A stretch of 64,000 nt of DNA from Macrostomum lignano (GCA_002269645.1 NIVC01000103.1:922397-986396), one strand, 5' to 3'; positions 24,957 to 38,600 are shown, counted from the stretch's first letter. Notes: generated by a model not told the origin, from the letters alone. Translations and numbers: made by a program.

Positions 24957-27044
24957 ACTTTTTGTATTGACGCGAGTGAATTGATTTCGGAGTCCTACCA
25001 AGGCCATAGCCATACTAGGCCTCAGACCAATGCGTGAAGGAGTGACAGCTCCATGCGAGAGCCTCAGCCCTCATAGTATATGCAATACCAAGCGCTGGTA
25101 TGCGGGACGGGCCTCGTGCCCTCCATGGCAGAGCTGCACCCAGCTGTCTGAAACGAGACACCGAAGCGCGCGGAGCCCCGAAGCGCCCACCAGATAATCA
25201 CAGGTTTCGCTGGATGGAATTTTTTGAAATTGGACCGGAGGCGCGCGCGCGAGAGAGCAGCTCGTATTTGAGCGAGTATTCAGTGCCCAGAGAGTCGCTC
25301 TGAGCTCGTCCTCCATCAAAACCCGCAGCCCCCCCTCATCCCCTTTGTCCAGACTCCTTCAACCGTGCAACTCTTTGCCGAAGTTTTCTATTGGGAAATT
25401 ATCTCAGCTGTGACAATGGCCCCAGCTCGATCTGTCGATTGTACAAGCTTAGGCAGTAGGGGAGAGTTCAAATGGATCTGAGAGCGTTTGGTGTAGGGAG
25501 ACCTCCCGCTGGGACGCACGGTGACACAGACAGACAGAGGCGCAAAGAGAGAGAAATACGCAAGCCTTTGACCCGCTTCTTCTTAACAGTTTTTGCTGGC
25601 TGCTGTTGATGATGCCATTGTTGTTGTTGTTGCAGCTGGATAGGACGACTTTGAAGCGCCACTTGGCACGCTATCGGCTCGATCGGTGTCTTTGACTGAC
25701 GAAATGGAAGTTCTTCAAAGTCTTAGAAAAGCTAACTGCCCCCGCCCAGGATAGCTCTCAGTGAATCGCCTGACGCTCTCTCTCTCTGTCGCGTGACTTG
25801 GACAAATTTTAATCTAGAGCCAGCAGGAAAGTGTGAACCAGTGTCTCCTATTTGTGGGATTGCGTTAAGACGATTTCATCTATAGTAAAGAAGACTGCTT
25901 TCGCAACGGCACCTTGGCAAGATGGTTTGCGCATAACATCCAAAGTCAACGTTTAGATTACAAATACTCAGTGCTTGTTCAAAAAAACCGTTAAATAAGT
26001 CATTATCAAAGAGACATACATGCACAAAGCGACGTAAAATGAAGCGCAGTTCAAGCCGAGATTGTCAATTTATCGTCGAATAAGACGCGTTCCGCGTCAA
26101 CGATGTAAAACTAACTTTAGAAAATCGAATGCTCAAAAACTTTAGTGATAGTTAACACTGCCAGTTTCGAAGTTTCCTGTTGTCAATTAATTGAGACCTC
26201 TATAGATACAGGTACCGAACTTGAGGTCCATCAAGCACTTGAATCTGCTCGAATTCCTGAAGATAGCCTACTGTTATAAATAAAGTTTTAAGACACGCCA
26301 ATATGATGTGTGTCAAATTTGTGACAATATCATATTATTAATTAATAAATTGCTGCAGGGGGTGTCTGAAGACGCTTGACATTGCGTGACTGTCTGTAAA
26401 AGCAATTTGCAGCATGGCAACGTGAGGTGCTGTTTGTGATGTGGTGGCATTAGATCTCTCCAATAAATTAATCACTGCAATTAATTTAGGTTATGTAAAC
26501 CGCATTGTCAAACATCGATAACAATGTAAGCAATTTTTTATTTTTAATTTTCAATTTGTAAGCAGTAGAAACAATTACAGATTAATTAGCACCTGAAGAA
26601 TCAGTGCAGGTATTGACAGTGAATTTTACAAATCATCCCTAGATATGCCCAAACGCATTTTAGAGAATCGTCTAAGAAAAAAGCAAAAGCAAAACAGCAC
26701 GGTTGAAAGCAGAAAATATGTGATATAATATAATCTGACACTTGCGTGGCGATATGTAGCACCATTTTAAAGAAACAAAGTACATAAAAAATGTCGATCA
26801 CTTGATTTGATACGCAACAAATTGGGTTAAACTATCCGAAATTGGATGACTGAAACCAAGTTGATTTGGGAAAAAATTGCATGTACAAAAAAGGTGGCAA
26901 GATTCAAGGGAAATAGAGAGCACCCTTACATATTTTTGGCTTTTAAGCTTCAATGGCATTACGAAATAACATTTAGGCATTTAAGGTAATTTTGAACTGA
27001 ATAAGTTAAGACGGTGTTTTCTTGTGAAGGTAAGTTAGAAGAAG

Positions 27045-27590
27045 AATAGTTGGATAGAGAGTAGGTCAGGTTCGAGAATGGTTGGATAGAGAGTAGGGCA
27101 GGTTCGAGAATGGTTGGATAGAGAGTAGGGCAGGATTGAGAATGGTTGGATAGAGAGTAGGTCAGGGTTGAGAATGGTTGGATAGAGAGTAGGTCAGGGT
27201 CGAGAATGGTTGGATAGAGAGTAGGGCAGGGTCGAGAATGGTTGGATAGAGAGTAGGGCAGGATTGAGAATGGTTGGATAGAGAGTAGGGCAGGGTCGAG
27301 AATGGTTGGATAGAGAGTAGGGCAGGGTTGAGAATGGTTGGATAGAGAGTAGGGCAGGGTCGAGAATGGTTGGATAGAGAGTAGGTCAGGGTTGAGAATG
27401 GTTGGATAGAGAGTAGGGCAGGGTCGAGAATGGTTGGATAGAGAGTAGGGCAGGGTTGAGAATGGTTGGATAGAGAGTAGGTCAGGGTCGAGAATAGTTG
27501 GATAGAGAGTAGGGCAGGATTGAGAATGGTTGGATAGAGAGTAGGTCAGGGTCGAGAATCGTTAGGTAGAGTAGGTCAGCGTCGAGAATC
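27045..27590. repeat. 32-bp minisatellite (GGTTGGATAGAGAGTAGGGCAGGGTCGAGAAT), ~17 copies
   Basis: Period 32 (GTAGG at 27061 and 27093, etc.); lies immediately 3' of the Sp6-9 stop. Confidence 0.95.
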
Positions 27591-27665
27591 TTAGAGTAGG
27601 CAATATCAGGAAAATGAATGACAACACGAAGTTCATAGCAGAAAGTGCACGGTGAATGAGGACTG

Positions 27666-29041
27666 TCATCCGGGACTTCTCTCAGACTGAGTCCCGCCAT
27701 TCCCGTCGTCAACTGCAATGGGAGCAGACTGGCTGCCCTCTGTGTGAGTCTTGGAGTGCTTGGCCAGGTGGTCGGACCTCATGAATCGCTTGCCGCACAC
27801 GGGGCACACGAAGCGTTTCTCACCGGTGTGCGTCCTCACGTGCCTCTGCAGCTCGTCCGACCGGGTGAAGCGACGGCCGCAGTGCGCCAGGCTGCAGACG
27901 AAAGGCCGTTCGCCGTGTGCCAGCGGAGATGCGCCTTCAGGTGAGAGGTCTTGTTGTACACCTTGCCGCAGCCGGGGACGTGGCAGTTGTGCAAGCCGGT
28001 GCCGCCGCTGCCGCCGCTGCCTCCGAGCCGCAGGCGAGTCTGAGCGGCAGCTGCCGATCCGAGGCTCTCAGCTTCGCGGCAGTTCGGACAGTCGCAGGTG
28101 GCTCGACTGGAGGCGCTGCCAGACTTTTTTGGTGACTTCACGGCTGTTGGCGTTTGCTGCGGCGGCTGCTGCTGGCGTGGCTGATTTGGAGGATGTTGCT
28201 GTTGCTGATGCTGCGGCGGTTGCGGCAGATGCAACTGCGACTGTTGAGCATGAGCTCCAAAGTATCCGGTATGCTGATGCTGCTGATAGTGATGAGGCAT
28301 AGTTGGAGACGGCTGACCGGCGCTCAGTTGCTGCTGACTGGAATAGAAGCTGCCACCGGGTGCGCCTGAGCCGTTGTAAGCAGTCGCGGCGTGGTGATGC
28401 TGGTGCTGATGGTAGGCGACTGTCTGCGGCTGCTCAGCTCCCGGATGTCCGTGTAGCCAGCCAAAGGCGTGCGGCAGGTCCGACAGGTACGACTGGGTGT
28501 GCCAGGCGGCCGGGTGGTGATGGTAGAGCGCCGCTGCCGCTGCCGCCGCGGCTGCCGCAGCGAATCTATCGGTAGTTTTTGAGGCAGCAGCTTCAGCTGC
28601 ATGATCGCTGCGTGGATGCTGAATGATCTGCTGCTGTTGCCGGGGCGGCTGCTGCGGCTGTTGATGATGCTGATGATGCTGATGGTGAGGCAGGTACTGC
28701 TGATGCTGTGTCTGTTGCTGTTGTTGTCCGTTCTGCGGCGTCGGATATAAGTACGGCGCCAGAGAGACAGCCGCTGCGGCTGCAGCGGCCGCTGTGGCAT
28801 CTTTGAACGAGTCGGCAGGAGACGCCTTCAGCGGCGAAGGCGCAGCCGGGCTGCCGCTGCTGTCTGCCGGAGCGACCAGAGCGGCTGAAGCGGAAGCTGC
28901 TTCCGGAGGACTGCGGAGATGCCTCTGCTGATGCTGCTGCGGCTGGTGGTGATGCAGCTGAGAATCCGCTGGACCGCTAGGCAGCTGAGTGCTCTGATGA
29001 AGCTGTTGCTGCTGATGATGATGATGTAGGTGAACAGCTTC
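27666..29041 (-). CDS. sp6-9: Sp6-9 / buttonhead-family C2H2 zinc-finger transcription factor, main exon; 1-nt deletion at ~27913
   Basis: Btd box [13 protein letters not shown] and ZF1 [26 protein letters not shown]. Restoring one G gives [57 protein letters not shown], ending at TGA 27666-27668. The N-terminus is His/Gln/Ala-rich. A probable acceptor (AATACAG|GAA) lies at 29041; in-frame ATGs at 29137 are an alternative start. Confidence 0.9.
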
Positions 29042-29604
29042 CTGTATTGATTCAGAAAATCGAGGAACAATTGGTGAGTTTAAAAGCATTACACGTCCAA
29101 TTGGAGAATTCTTATCAAGAAATGTCATCATCATCATAATTAATAGTTAGGATGCCAGTGCGGTGAAAGCTGAGCGACCTTCAACCATCTCCGTTGCCTC
29201 GGGGTGAGCGGCGCGAGAGATAAAATTCCCAACACCAATCCCCCTAGGGGGTGCAAAAAGGCATCTCGATTTCAAATCTCTGAAGAAAGGTTAGCCTCGC
29301 AGTCAGTTTAGGGGATTGTGCTCATAGGTGAGGGAACTCAGGGGGGCTGTCGCATCGCATTTGTTCGGGACTTGTCAAAACCCTGCTCACTCAGTGCTCA
29401 CTGCTAGAATGAGTTTTGGTTCAGCGAAGCTGAAAATACTTTGGAGAACAGGGTTGGGTAAGTTGAGAAATAAAATGCCTGAACTTCCTTTTTCGACTGC
29501 CTTCCACCCTCCTCACTTGCCCCTCGCCCCTCCTTGTATATCTTCTTTAACCCTCTCCTCCTACCTTCTCCCACCTCTCCTTCTAAGCTCTCGTTCTATC
29601 CTCT

Positions 29605-30360
29605 CATGTCTACCCTCTCCTGTCTACCCTCTCCTATCTATTCTCTCCTGTCGAGCCTCTCCTGTCTACCCTCTCCTATCTATCCTCTCCTGTCTACCCT
29701 CTCCTATCTATCCTCTCCTATCTACCCTCTCCTGTCTACCCTCTCCTGTCTACCCTCTCCTGTCTACCCTCTCCTGTCTACCCTCTCCTGTCTACCCTCT
29801 CCTGTCTACCCTCTCCTGTCTACCCTCTCCTATCTACCCTCTCCTGTCTACCCTCTCCTGTCTACCCTCTCCTGTCTACCCTCTCCTATCTATCCTCTCC
29901 TGTCTACCCTCTCCTGTCTACCCTCTCCTGTCTACCCTCTCCTATCTATCCTCTCCTGTCTACCCTCTCCTGTCTACCCTCTCCTATCTATCCTCTCCTG
30001 TCTGCCCTCTCCTGTCTACCCTCTCCTGTCTACCCTCTCCTATCTATCCTCTCCTATCTACCCTTTCCTGACTACCCTCTCCTATTTACCCTCTCCTGAC
30101 TACCCTCTCCTGACTACCCTCTCCTATCTACCCTCTCCTGACTACCCTCTCCTGACTACCCTCTCCTATCTACCCTCTCCTGACTACCCTCTCCTATCTA
30201 CCCTCTCCTGACTACCCTCTCCTGACTACCCTCTCCTGACTACCCTCTCCTATCTACCCTCTCCTGACTACCCTCTCCTGACTACCCTCTCCTATCTACC
30301 CTTTCCTGACTACCCTCTCCTGACTACCCTCTCCTATCTACCCTCTCCTGACTACCCTCT
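29605..30360. repeat. 14-bp minisatellite (CTACCCTCTCCTGT and variants)
   Basis: About 50 copies; the variant changes from ...CTGT to ...CTGA along the array. Confidence 0.95.
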
Positions 30361-30869
30361 CGTTCTAACCTCCTCTTCCCTCGCCTTTCACCGTCTTTAT
30401 CCATTTGCTCAGTCTGCATCTCTCTCTCCATCACCCTTTCATTATTTGTCCTTCACTTTCTCTCTCTTAGTCAGTCTCTCAGACATTGCCAGCCTCCCCC
30501 ATCAGATATGCCTCATCTGTTTGTCCAGTTGGTGAGCAAATTTCTGACACTACAGTCTGACCTATAGCGAGAAGGCAGAGTCAATAACGAATTCATGACT
30601 TGACTGACTGTCTGGGTGGCCCCCCCCCACGCAAGAGCAGTGTCTCCTATCGAAATAATGACACATTGCAAACTCTGCCTTGACTAAAATATGCGGCCTA
30701 TTTGCTACTGTCCAAGTGAGCAGCTTCCAGTGATGAAGCTGCATAATCATAATTACGAATATTGCTTATGTTATATCTGTTGTATAATGACCTTCATCTG
30801 CTACTCGAACAGATGTTTACATTGCTCACTTTGCTACGTGAGAATGGCATTGAATTCGTGACATTTCAA

Positions 30870-31325
30870 GGAGCGGATTTTTTAAAGGGGCGGATTTTCA
30901 AAGGGGCGGATTTTCAGAGGAGCGGATTTTCCAAGGGGTGGATTTTCAGAGGGATGTATTTTCAAAGGGGCGGATTTTCCAAGGGGCGGATTTTCAGAGG
31001 GATGTATTTTCCAAGGGGCGGATTTTCCAAGGGGCGGATTTTGAGAGGAGCGGATTTTCCAAGGGGCAGATTTTCCAAGGGGTGGATTTTTAGAGGGATG
31101 TATTTTCCAAGTGGCGGATTTTCAAAGGGATGTATTTTCCAAGGGGCGGATTTTCAAAGCTGCGGATTTTCAAAGGTGCGGATTTTCAAAGGTGCGGATT
31201 TTCAAAGGTGCGGATTTTCAAAGGTGCGGATTTTCAGAGGTGCGGATTTTCAGAGGTGCGGATTTTCAGAGGAGCAGATTTTCCAAGGGGCGGATTTTCC
31301 AAGGGGCGGATTTTCAGAGGGCGGG
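30870..31325. repeat. ~16-bp minisatellite (GGCGGATTTTCAAAGG variants)
   Basis: About 28 degenerate copies. Confidence 0.9.
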
Positions 31326-31859
31326 TTACCTGAGAATTAGAGCCCTTAGTTTCTTTGATTTCTTATCTCATAGTAGCATACTAAACGAACAAGCAAGCAC
31401 TACAAAGACTTACCTGGTGATAGCGGCCGAAATCAGTAGCGTTGTACATGAGTTCGCTTTGGTCCTCAAAATGCGCTTTAATATCAGCAGCAGTACTGAG
31501 TTTCTATCCAATGAAATAAAAACTTCGCGAGTAGTTCACTTGTCAAATGTGAAAAGCTGATAAATGCTAATTATGCTAATGAACGGGTCAGCCTAGGCTG
31601 TGGGGTAACAAAGCATACAAGATGAGTTGCCCCCGGTTATTATTACTGACAAAAATTACAGCCTTCGGACTGCGCGCGGTCAACGGCTTAACAAAATTAC
31701 TGTGCAAAATTCACTTCGGCTTGATGCGAAACTGGGCGGAGCTTGGGGGGCTTTGGAAACCTCTACTTATTTGTTATTACAGGGTGGGCGAGAATGGCGA
31801 TGTCCGGGGGTCAAGGGGGCGGGTTGGGGCTGAGGACCCGCCCCCCCCCAACCGGCCTG

Positions 31860-31990
31860 CCATTGGCTGAGCCAGTGGGGTCCCGCCTCCGACTCTGTGG
31901 AGCTCCGTGGAGAGTTTCTTCTCGATGCAGTCTCGGCTGACTTCCCATTGGCTGCTGAGGGGCTGCGAGCTCTCAGCCTGCCCATCATCC
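31860..31990 (-). promoter_or_regulatory. Candidate promoter/enhancer with two CCAAT boxes and a GC box, upstream of sp6-9
   Basis: The minus strand has AGCCAATGGG and AGCCAATGGC flanking GGAGGCGGGA in a GC-rich island. The link to sp6-9 is inferred from orientation only. Confidence 0.35.
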
Positions 31991-32569
31991 AATGCTTGAA
32001 TCATTTTCATTTTTGCTAACTGAAATTGCTTTCAAGTTTCAAATCGAGATGCGAGGCAACGGGGTTTGTAATTTTCACCGCAGGGGGGGCGGTCGCACCT
32101 GACCGCTGCGTCACATGCGCGAACCTTGATGATGAAGCTGGGGGTGTTTATTAACAATCGCGGGAATCTGAGAGTCTGACTCTGTTAGAGGACTCGGAAC
32201 TAAAGTCACACCTCGTTCACCATCCTGTGCCACCGGACCTCTCTAACAGCTCATTTTGACACCTTTTTTCAAAGAAGAAGAGTTAGCGCGACAAAAAGAT
32301 GAAGAGTATATAAGCTGCATCAACAAGTCTGAGGGGCAAATAGGAGACATGGAGTAGAGCAACATTTGCACCTAAACACCCATCATCGGATGCGAGTGAG
32401 TTCAGTTGGCATTGGCACTTCAAAACCTGACGAAGTATCACACGTAGGAATTCAATTTTCACCTTCGCATGTAAGGCAAGAATTTTAAGAATGAAACGGG
32501 CCTGTAGCAAGTTCTTTGGTTTTAGTTTTTGTTGCTAGGTCTCAAGAGAGTGGGGAAGGGAGGAGACGA

Positions 32570-33650
32570 GAGGAACGGAGATGAGACGAGAGGAGAGGAC
32601 ATGAGAGGAGAGGAGAGAAGGCGAGAGGAAAGGAGAGGAAAGGAGAGGAGAGGAGAGAAGAGGAGAGGAGAGAAGGCGAGAGGAGAGGAGAGGAAAGGAG
32701 AGGAGAGGAGAGGAGAGGAGAGGAGAGAAGAGGAGAGGAGAGGAGAGGAGAGGAGAGAAGAGGAGAGGAGAGGAGAGGAGAGGAGAGGAGAGGAAAGGAG
32801 AGGAGAGAAGAGGAGAGGAGAGGAGAGGAGAGGAGAGAAGAGGAGAGGAGAGAAGAGGAGAGGAGAGGAGAGGAGAGGAGAGGAGAGGAGAGGAGAGGAG
32901 AGGAGAGGAGAGGAGAGGAGAGGAGAGGAGAGGAGAGAAGAGGAGAGGAGAGAAGAGGAGAGGAGAGAAGAGGAGAGGAAAGGAGAGGAGAGGAGAGGAG
33001 AGGAGAGGAGAGGAGAGAAGAGGAGAGGAGAGGAGAGGAGAGGAGAGAAGAGGAGAGGAGAGGAGAGGAGAGGAGAGGAGAGAAGAGGAGAGGAGAGAAG
33101 AGGAGAGGAGAGGAGAGGAGAGGAGAGAAGAGGAGAGGAGAGAAGAGGAGAGGAGAGGAGAGGAGAGGAGAGGAGAGGAGAGGAGAGGAGAGAAGAGGAG
33201 AGGAGAGAAGAGGAGAGGAGAGAAGAGGAGAGGAGAGGAGAGGAGAGAAGAGGAGAGGAGAGGAGAGGAGAGGAGAGAAGAGGAGAGGAGAGGAGAGGAG
33301 AGGAGAGGAGAGGAGAGGAAGAGGAGAGGAGAGGAGAGGAGAGGAGAGGAGAGGAGAGAAGAGGAGAGGAGAGAAGAGGAGAGGAGAGGAGAGGAGAGGA
33401 GAGGAGAGGAGAGGAGAGGAGAGGAGAGGAGAGGAGAGGAGAGGAGGAGAGAAGAGGAGAGAAGAGGAGAGAAGAGGAGAGGAGAGAAGAGGAGAGGAGA
33501 GGAGAGGAGAGGAGAGAAGAGGAGAGGAGAGAAGAGGAGAGGAGAGGAGAGGAGAGAAGAGAAGAGGAGAGGAGAGAAGAGGAGAGGAGAGGAGAGAAGA
33601 GGAGAGGAGAGGAGAGGAGAGAAGAGGAGAGGAGAGAAGAGAAGAGGAGA
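32570..33650. repeat. (GAGAG/AGGAG)n pentamer microsatellite, ~1.1 kb
   Basis: Direct inspection; source of the EERRG and SSPLL pseudo-ORFs. Confidence 0.98.
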
Positions 33651-35170
33651 ATATTGATAAAAAACAGGCTAGCAAAAGTGGCTTCTCAAAGCCAAAGCAA
33701 TGAATGAGAGAATTAAGCAAGTCAGCGGAAAATCCCAAATGTATTCAAATGTATCCCATATAGAATAGCAATCAATTATGACAGCCTATGAAAGACTAAA
33801 TGAAGCCATTGACAATTTGGAAAGCCAACAAGGCATACAGCATGCCTTGACAACAAGAAAGTGAGAGATATTATTATGACAGGCAGGGTTGTTAAAGAAA
33901 TAAATCTGCTTGACTGGTCAATTTTGACTCTTTTATAGAGAAGTTGTGAAGCCGAGTTCCCCACCATCCATATGCCTCCCTTTCTAGCAAATAATCCTCC
34001 CAAACCCCAAACTCGAGCTGTGCTCACTGAAGCTGGCACGGGACATTGGAAAGTCATGGAAGTCACTGCAGCTTGTCATAATTGAGGGAGCTTATTGAGG
34101 CCGACGCAAGCAAAGCCATACGGTTCTATGGTGTTGCCATGACAGCGTGGCCAATATACGCTCTGCCGAACATGTCTCTCTCACCCTGCCATGGGAGATC
34201 ACACCCCCTGAATACAGTATATATTAGGTCTATTAAGGGCCTTGAGATCATTGAGCGCTTTTGAGTCTGAGCACTCGAGCGTGAAATATTTTGTTGTTAA
34301 AACACGCGCACGAAGTCTATAGCGATGCCCTAAATTAGCATGGGGCTCAAAAGATTCGAATAGCTTTTATATATGTTTTGTATCCGCGTGATGTCAAGTC
34401 TGGTATCCCGTCAAACGTCAGCTCCTTGTTTGTTTGTTTACTATGATTTTTTGTCTGACTCAGCTCGACAGGCTATAGTTATTATGTCTAAGAAAAGAAA
34501 GAATCTTAAAAAGTTGACTTTTAATTTAGCTAAATTAGAAGGAACAAGATCGGCCTCAGAAAACTTGCAGAAAAAAGTTCCCCGTTAGAGCAGTGCCAAA
34601 CCAACTGATATTTGGGGAGTTTCGAAACCAAAAATAATTGCAGGTCTCTCTAAGATTTTTTCCAGTCTCGAAATGTCGCGCTTGACTGTCTCTCTGTGTG
34701 TGACAGCTCGTGACATGAGCAGCGCCGTCGCCTGGGGGTAACAAATCTGCTGTGAGTCCACATTCAATTTGCTTTTCTGTGGGGATCAGGGATTTAATCC
34801 AATTTTCTCCAATGGAATTTGCAAGTCTGACAATTTTTTGCTCCTAGTAGAGCGAAGATGAAATGTCTTGCGAAAAAATGCGCAATGGCACAACGGGAAC
34901 AAATGGAATGGGTGAATGTCATCGATAATTGCTGGGGGGATTCGAACTGGTTTAGCCGTTGACCATCATCACCAGTCCAACGGCCTCATTAATCCAATCA
35001 CAGACTGCTGAGTCAAGGATGCCAAAGTGAAAAAATGTGCAGTTGAAAAATTTGCGCTAATTTAATGCGCGAACAGAAATCCTGTAGCTTTTTTGGTTCG
35101 CGGCTTTTAGAGGGGAACAAAAAGTTAAAGGTGAAGCCCGTCATGACTGAGAATGTATGAGAAATCTGAG

Positions 35171-35171
35171 T

Positions 35172-35222
<51 letters not shown>
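35171..35222. repeat. (TAAC)n microsatellite
   Basis: About 13 units. Confidence 0.95.
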
Positions 35223-35582
35223 GACTGAATAACTAAGTTAGCTCGTAGCTGGGGAACTGCTGAGATGTCAAGGCTCATGGTGAAATCGCTTAAATGTCGT
35301 GGCTCATCGGGGTTGCCAAAGCTCATTGGGAAGCTGTTCTCCATCATCATTATCATCTGCAGTCTGTGAGTCTGGTGCCCTTATTAGCCCAAACACAGAC
35401 TGTCTTACGGTTCAATTTTGAACAAAAGTGCAAGTTATTGATCAGTTAATTATAGCTGCAAATTGAAATCATGGAGCCTTTTTTCCTAATTAAGAGATTT
35501 TTACCTGCTGTTCTGGTCTTATACCGGGTTTGTGAATAGAACTAATAATTTAGACAGAAAGAAACAAAGTAAACTTTAAATT

Positions 35583-35972
35583 AGGGGGGCAACCTCCGAC
35601 CCACGGGCCATATGCGGCCAGCAAAGCCTCTCTATCCAGCCCTTAGGTCATTTGAAACTTCACAATAGCAATCCGGCCCGCTTAAGGCCTTGTCTCTTTT
35701 CAGCTCTTTTCGCTCTAATCTTCTCTCTCCTCTTTTCCTCTCTTCCCTTCTCTCCTCTTCTCTCCTCTCCTCTCCTCTCCTTTCTCTTTTTTCTCTTCTC
35801 TCTATCCTCTCCTATTTCGTCACTCCTCTCTTCTCCTTCATTTCCTAGCCTCTCCTTTTTCCTATGTCTCTTCTCTCTTCTCTATTCCCTCTCCTCTCTC
35901 CCCTCCTCTGGCCCGCAGTCATGCGCTATCTGGTTTTACCTCGAGGTAAAAAAGCTTGTCGACCCTCGCTGT
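35583..35972 (+). mobile_element. Charlie/hAT-type MITE with CT-rich interior (second copy)
   Basis: GGGCAACCTCCGACCCACGGGCCATATGCGGCC...GAAACTTCACAATAGC matches 15942-16040. Right end ...GGCCCGC...AAAAAGCTTGTCGACCCTCGCTG. Confidence 0.65.
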
Positions 35973-36019
35973 AGATCCTTGACGGCTGTGGCGATCAGAA
36001 TTTACTTGTAGCTCGAAAG

Positions 36020-36525
36020 GGAGAGGGTGAGAGGGAGAGGGTAAGGTGGAGAGGGCGTGAGGGAGAGGGTGAAGGGGAGAGGGTAAGGGGGAGACTGTGA
36101 GGGGGTGAGGGGAGACTGTGAGGGGGAGACTGTGAGGGGGTGAGGGGAGACTGTGAGGGGGTGAGGGGAGACTGAGGGGGAGATTGTGAGGGGGAGACTG
36201 TGAGGGGGTGAGGGGGAGACTGTGAGGGGGAGACTGTGAGGGGGTGAGGGGGAGAGGGTGAGGGGAGACTGTGAGGGGGAGACTGTGAGGGGGTGAGGGG
36301 GAGAGGGTGAGGGGAGACTGTGAGGGGTGAGGGGGAGAGGGTGAGGGGGAGACTGTGAGGGGGAGACTGTGAGGGGGAGACTGTGAGGGGGAGATTGTGA
36401 GGGGGTGAGGGGGAGAGGGTGAGGGGGAGAGGGTGAGGGGGAGACTGTGAGGGGGAGACTGTGAGGGGGAGACTGTGAGGGGGAGACTGTGAGGGGGAGA
36501 CTGTGAGGGGGAGACTGTGAGGGTG
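36020..36525. repeat. 14-bp G-rich minisatellite (GGGGGAGACTGTGA), G-quadruplex-prone
   Basis: About 35 variant copies. Confidence 0.95.
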
Positions 36526-37129
36526 AATTGAGCGAGTAAGTAAGGCCGGTAGGAGAAGCAGAGAGAAGTTATAAGAAGTTTTTGAGTAGTCAGAAGTATG
36601 TTTGAAATGAGATTAGCTAAGCTGAATTGCGGTAAAATTTTATGAGTAAGAGCTCATCTTTCAGAACATTGTGCACCTGTTTGCGTGAGGTTATTATATT
36701 TTGATATGATATTCAAATTTAGATTTTTTATTAGCTTTTAGAAAATTTCTTAGCATTACTGAAATCGAACTGACTGATTATTGACCTTAGGATTTTGCTA
36801 GAGCTTGATAGTCTTGAGCGGCATCCTTTGTTCAGAGTCAAAATCGTTTAGTGTATGCTGAACCCTCTACTCACAGTAGCCAAGCTAGACAATAATTTTA
36901 TCTCATGGCTAGAAAAATCAGAAAAACACAATTCGAATGCCCAAATTAACATTTTTTGCTTAATAAATGAGTGTAGCATTTAGATTTTTAATCACGAGCG
37001 CACAACAGTTTATTAAGCCATTACCCCTGTTGCTCTCTTATGATTTCCTGTTTATACTTAGGAACAAGAGATTCTGTGTCGTGGCATAGTGTTAGTGGGC
37101 ATTTTTATTAGGGGTAGGTTAGGGGCCTG

Positions 37130-37395
37130 TGCTGTGTGCACCCTGGCGCACTTTAGTACGAGCGTAAGTGACATTGTCACACAACCGGCGAGAGGCATTA
37201 CTGCCCATTCCGCCGACCCCCCCCCCCTGAGCAGGCACACAAGCGCGCGGATACGTACGCAGTCATACGCACAGGCCGTTAATTGCACGAGCAGAGCCAA
37301 GCCGAGGATTCGAATCTTGCCCCAAGTTAATGCACTTAGAATCGAGTTTGGAATCGAGCCTGGGCCGCTAGCTCAACAAAGCGCCGCGCCAGACC
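37130..37395 (-). mobile_element. tRNA-derived SINE (family B), diverged copy
   Basis: Shares CACAACCGGCGAGAGGCATTxCTGCCCATTCCGCCGAC and GGAATCGAGCCTGGG with 21449-21804. Confidence 0.8.
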
Positions 37396-38011
37396 TCTAG
37401 AAATACGGCGCTCCCATTGCCTTTTGGGTCTGACGGAGTGCGACGTGCGTCCCTTTACCAATGATTCTTCAGTATGCTATTTTTAGACTAAACCCCCATC
37501 GTGGGCCTGGGGGTGGCGGAGCCAGTGTGTACATTGATTTTAAACTAACCAATGTACACTGAAGACTGTACAGTTATCTCTCTTGTCCTTCGCTTACCCA
37601 CCCCCAGTCTGTCTGTCCCGTCCCTTTTCTATCAAGAAAGTTCCTAGTTGTCACAACATAGAATATCAAAGTGGACTATTCTTGTTTTCTGCATAATTTA
37701 CGATAATATAATTTTCTTTTATAATTATTCCAGTATATTTATTAGCAGTTATATAGTTTTCTATTAGCAAATAAGATTCACTCTTAAGCCACTTTACTTT
37801 AATTTAAAACTTTGAATTTAAACTAAGGTAAGTAAACGCAACGATTGCCTGTGACTGTGATAACACTTATCTGATAACAAATCTACAATGTACCTTAGAA
37901 AGTTAGAATTAGCAATTAGTTAGTTAAAATCATAAGCTAAATTTAAACTAAAAGTCTAAACCAGCAACCCCCATAAATTTATTTTTTTTAGTTTTTCTAT
38001 AAATCTATAAT

Positions 38012-38166
38012 ATGGCGACAGTGGGAGGTTCGGCCGATTTTGAATGCCCAATCTGCATGGGTCCAGTTCAGCGGGCAGTGGTGTCCCGGTGCTGCAGGCA
38101 CAGGTTCTGCACCAACTGCATTGCAGCTGTGCAACAGACTGCTGGGCAGGGTGGCGCGAGTGGCAG
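38012..38166 (+). CDS. Exon 1 of RING-finger (C3HC4) protein
   Basis: MATVGGSADFECPICMGPVQRAVVSRCCRHRFCTNCI...; donor AG|GTTTGC at 38167 (phase 2). Confidence 0.85.
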
Positions 38167-38209
38167 GTTTGCATTCTGGCGCTGGCTGGCTGCTTGCGTT
38201 TTTGTCTTA

Positions 38210-38600
38210 TGTCTATGGCTAATCTAGGGGATATCTACTATGGATAATCTAGGCAGGGATATCTATGGCTAATCTAGGGGATTTCTATGGATAATCTAGG
38301 CGTCTAGGGTGATATCTATGACTAATCTAGGGGATATCTATGGCTAATCTAGGGGGATATCTATGGCTAATCTAGGGGTTATCTATGGTTAATCTAGGGG
38401 ATATCTGTGGATAATCTAGGGGATATCTATGGATAATCTAGGGGATATCTATGGATAATCTAGGGGAAATCTATGGATAATCTAGGGGATATCTGTGGAT
38501 AATCTAGGGGATATCTTGATGAAAAATCTAGGAGGATATCTATAGCTAGTCTAAGGCATATCTATGGTTAATTCAAGGAATTTCTATGGCTAATCTAGGA
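38210..38600. repeat. ~21-bp minisatellite (GGGATATCTATGGATAATCTA) filling RING intron 1
   Basis: About 18 variant copies. Confidence 0.9.

Noticed and set aside
25468-25662. Gln/His-rich minus-strand ORF as an exon
   Set aside because: No domain and no convincing splice partner was found; it cannot be supported without transcripts.
30762-31560. GADF-repeat ORFs resembling pentapeptide-repeat proteins
   Set aside because: They derive from a ~16-bp minisatellite whose unit is not a multiple of 3.
32529-33738. EERRG and SSPLL 390-aa ORFs (also 16022-16347)
   Set aside because: Translation of a pentamer microsatellite.
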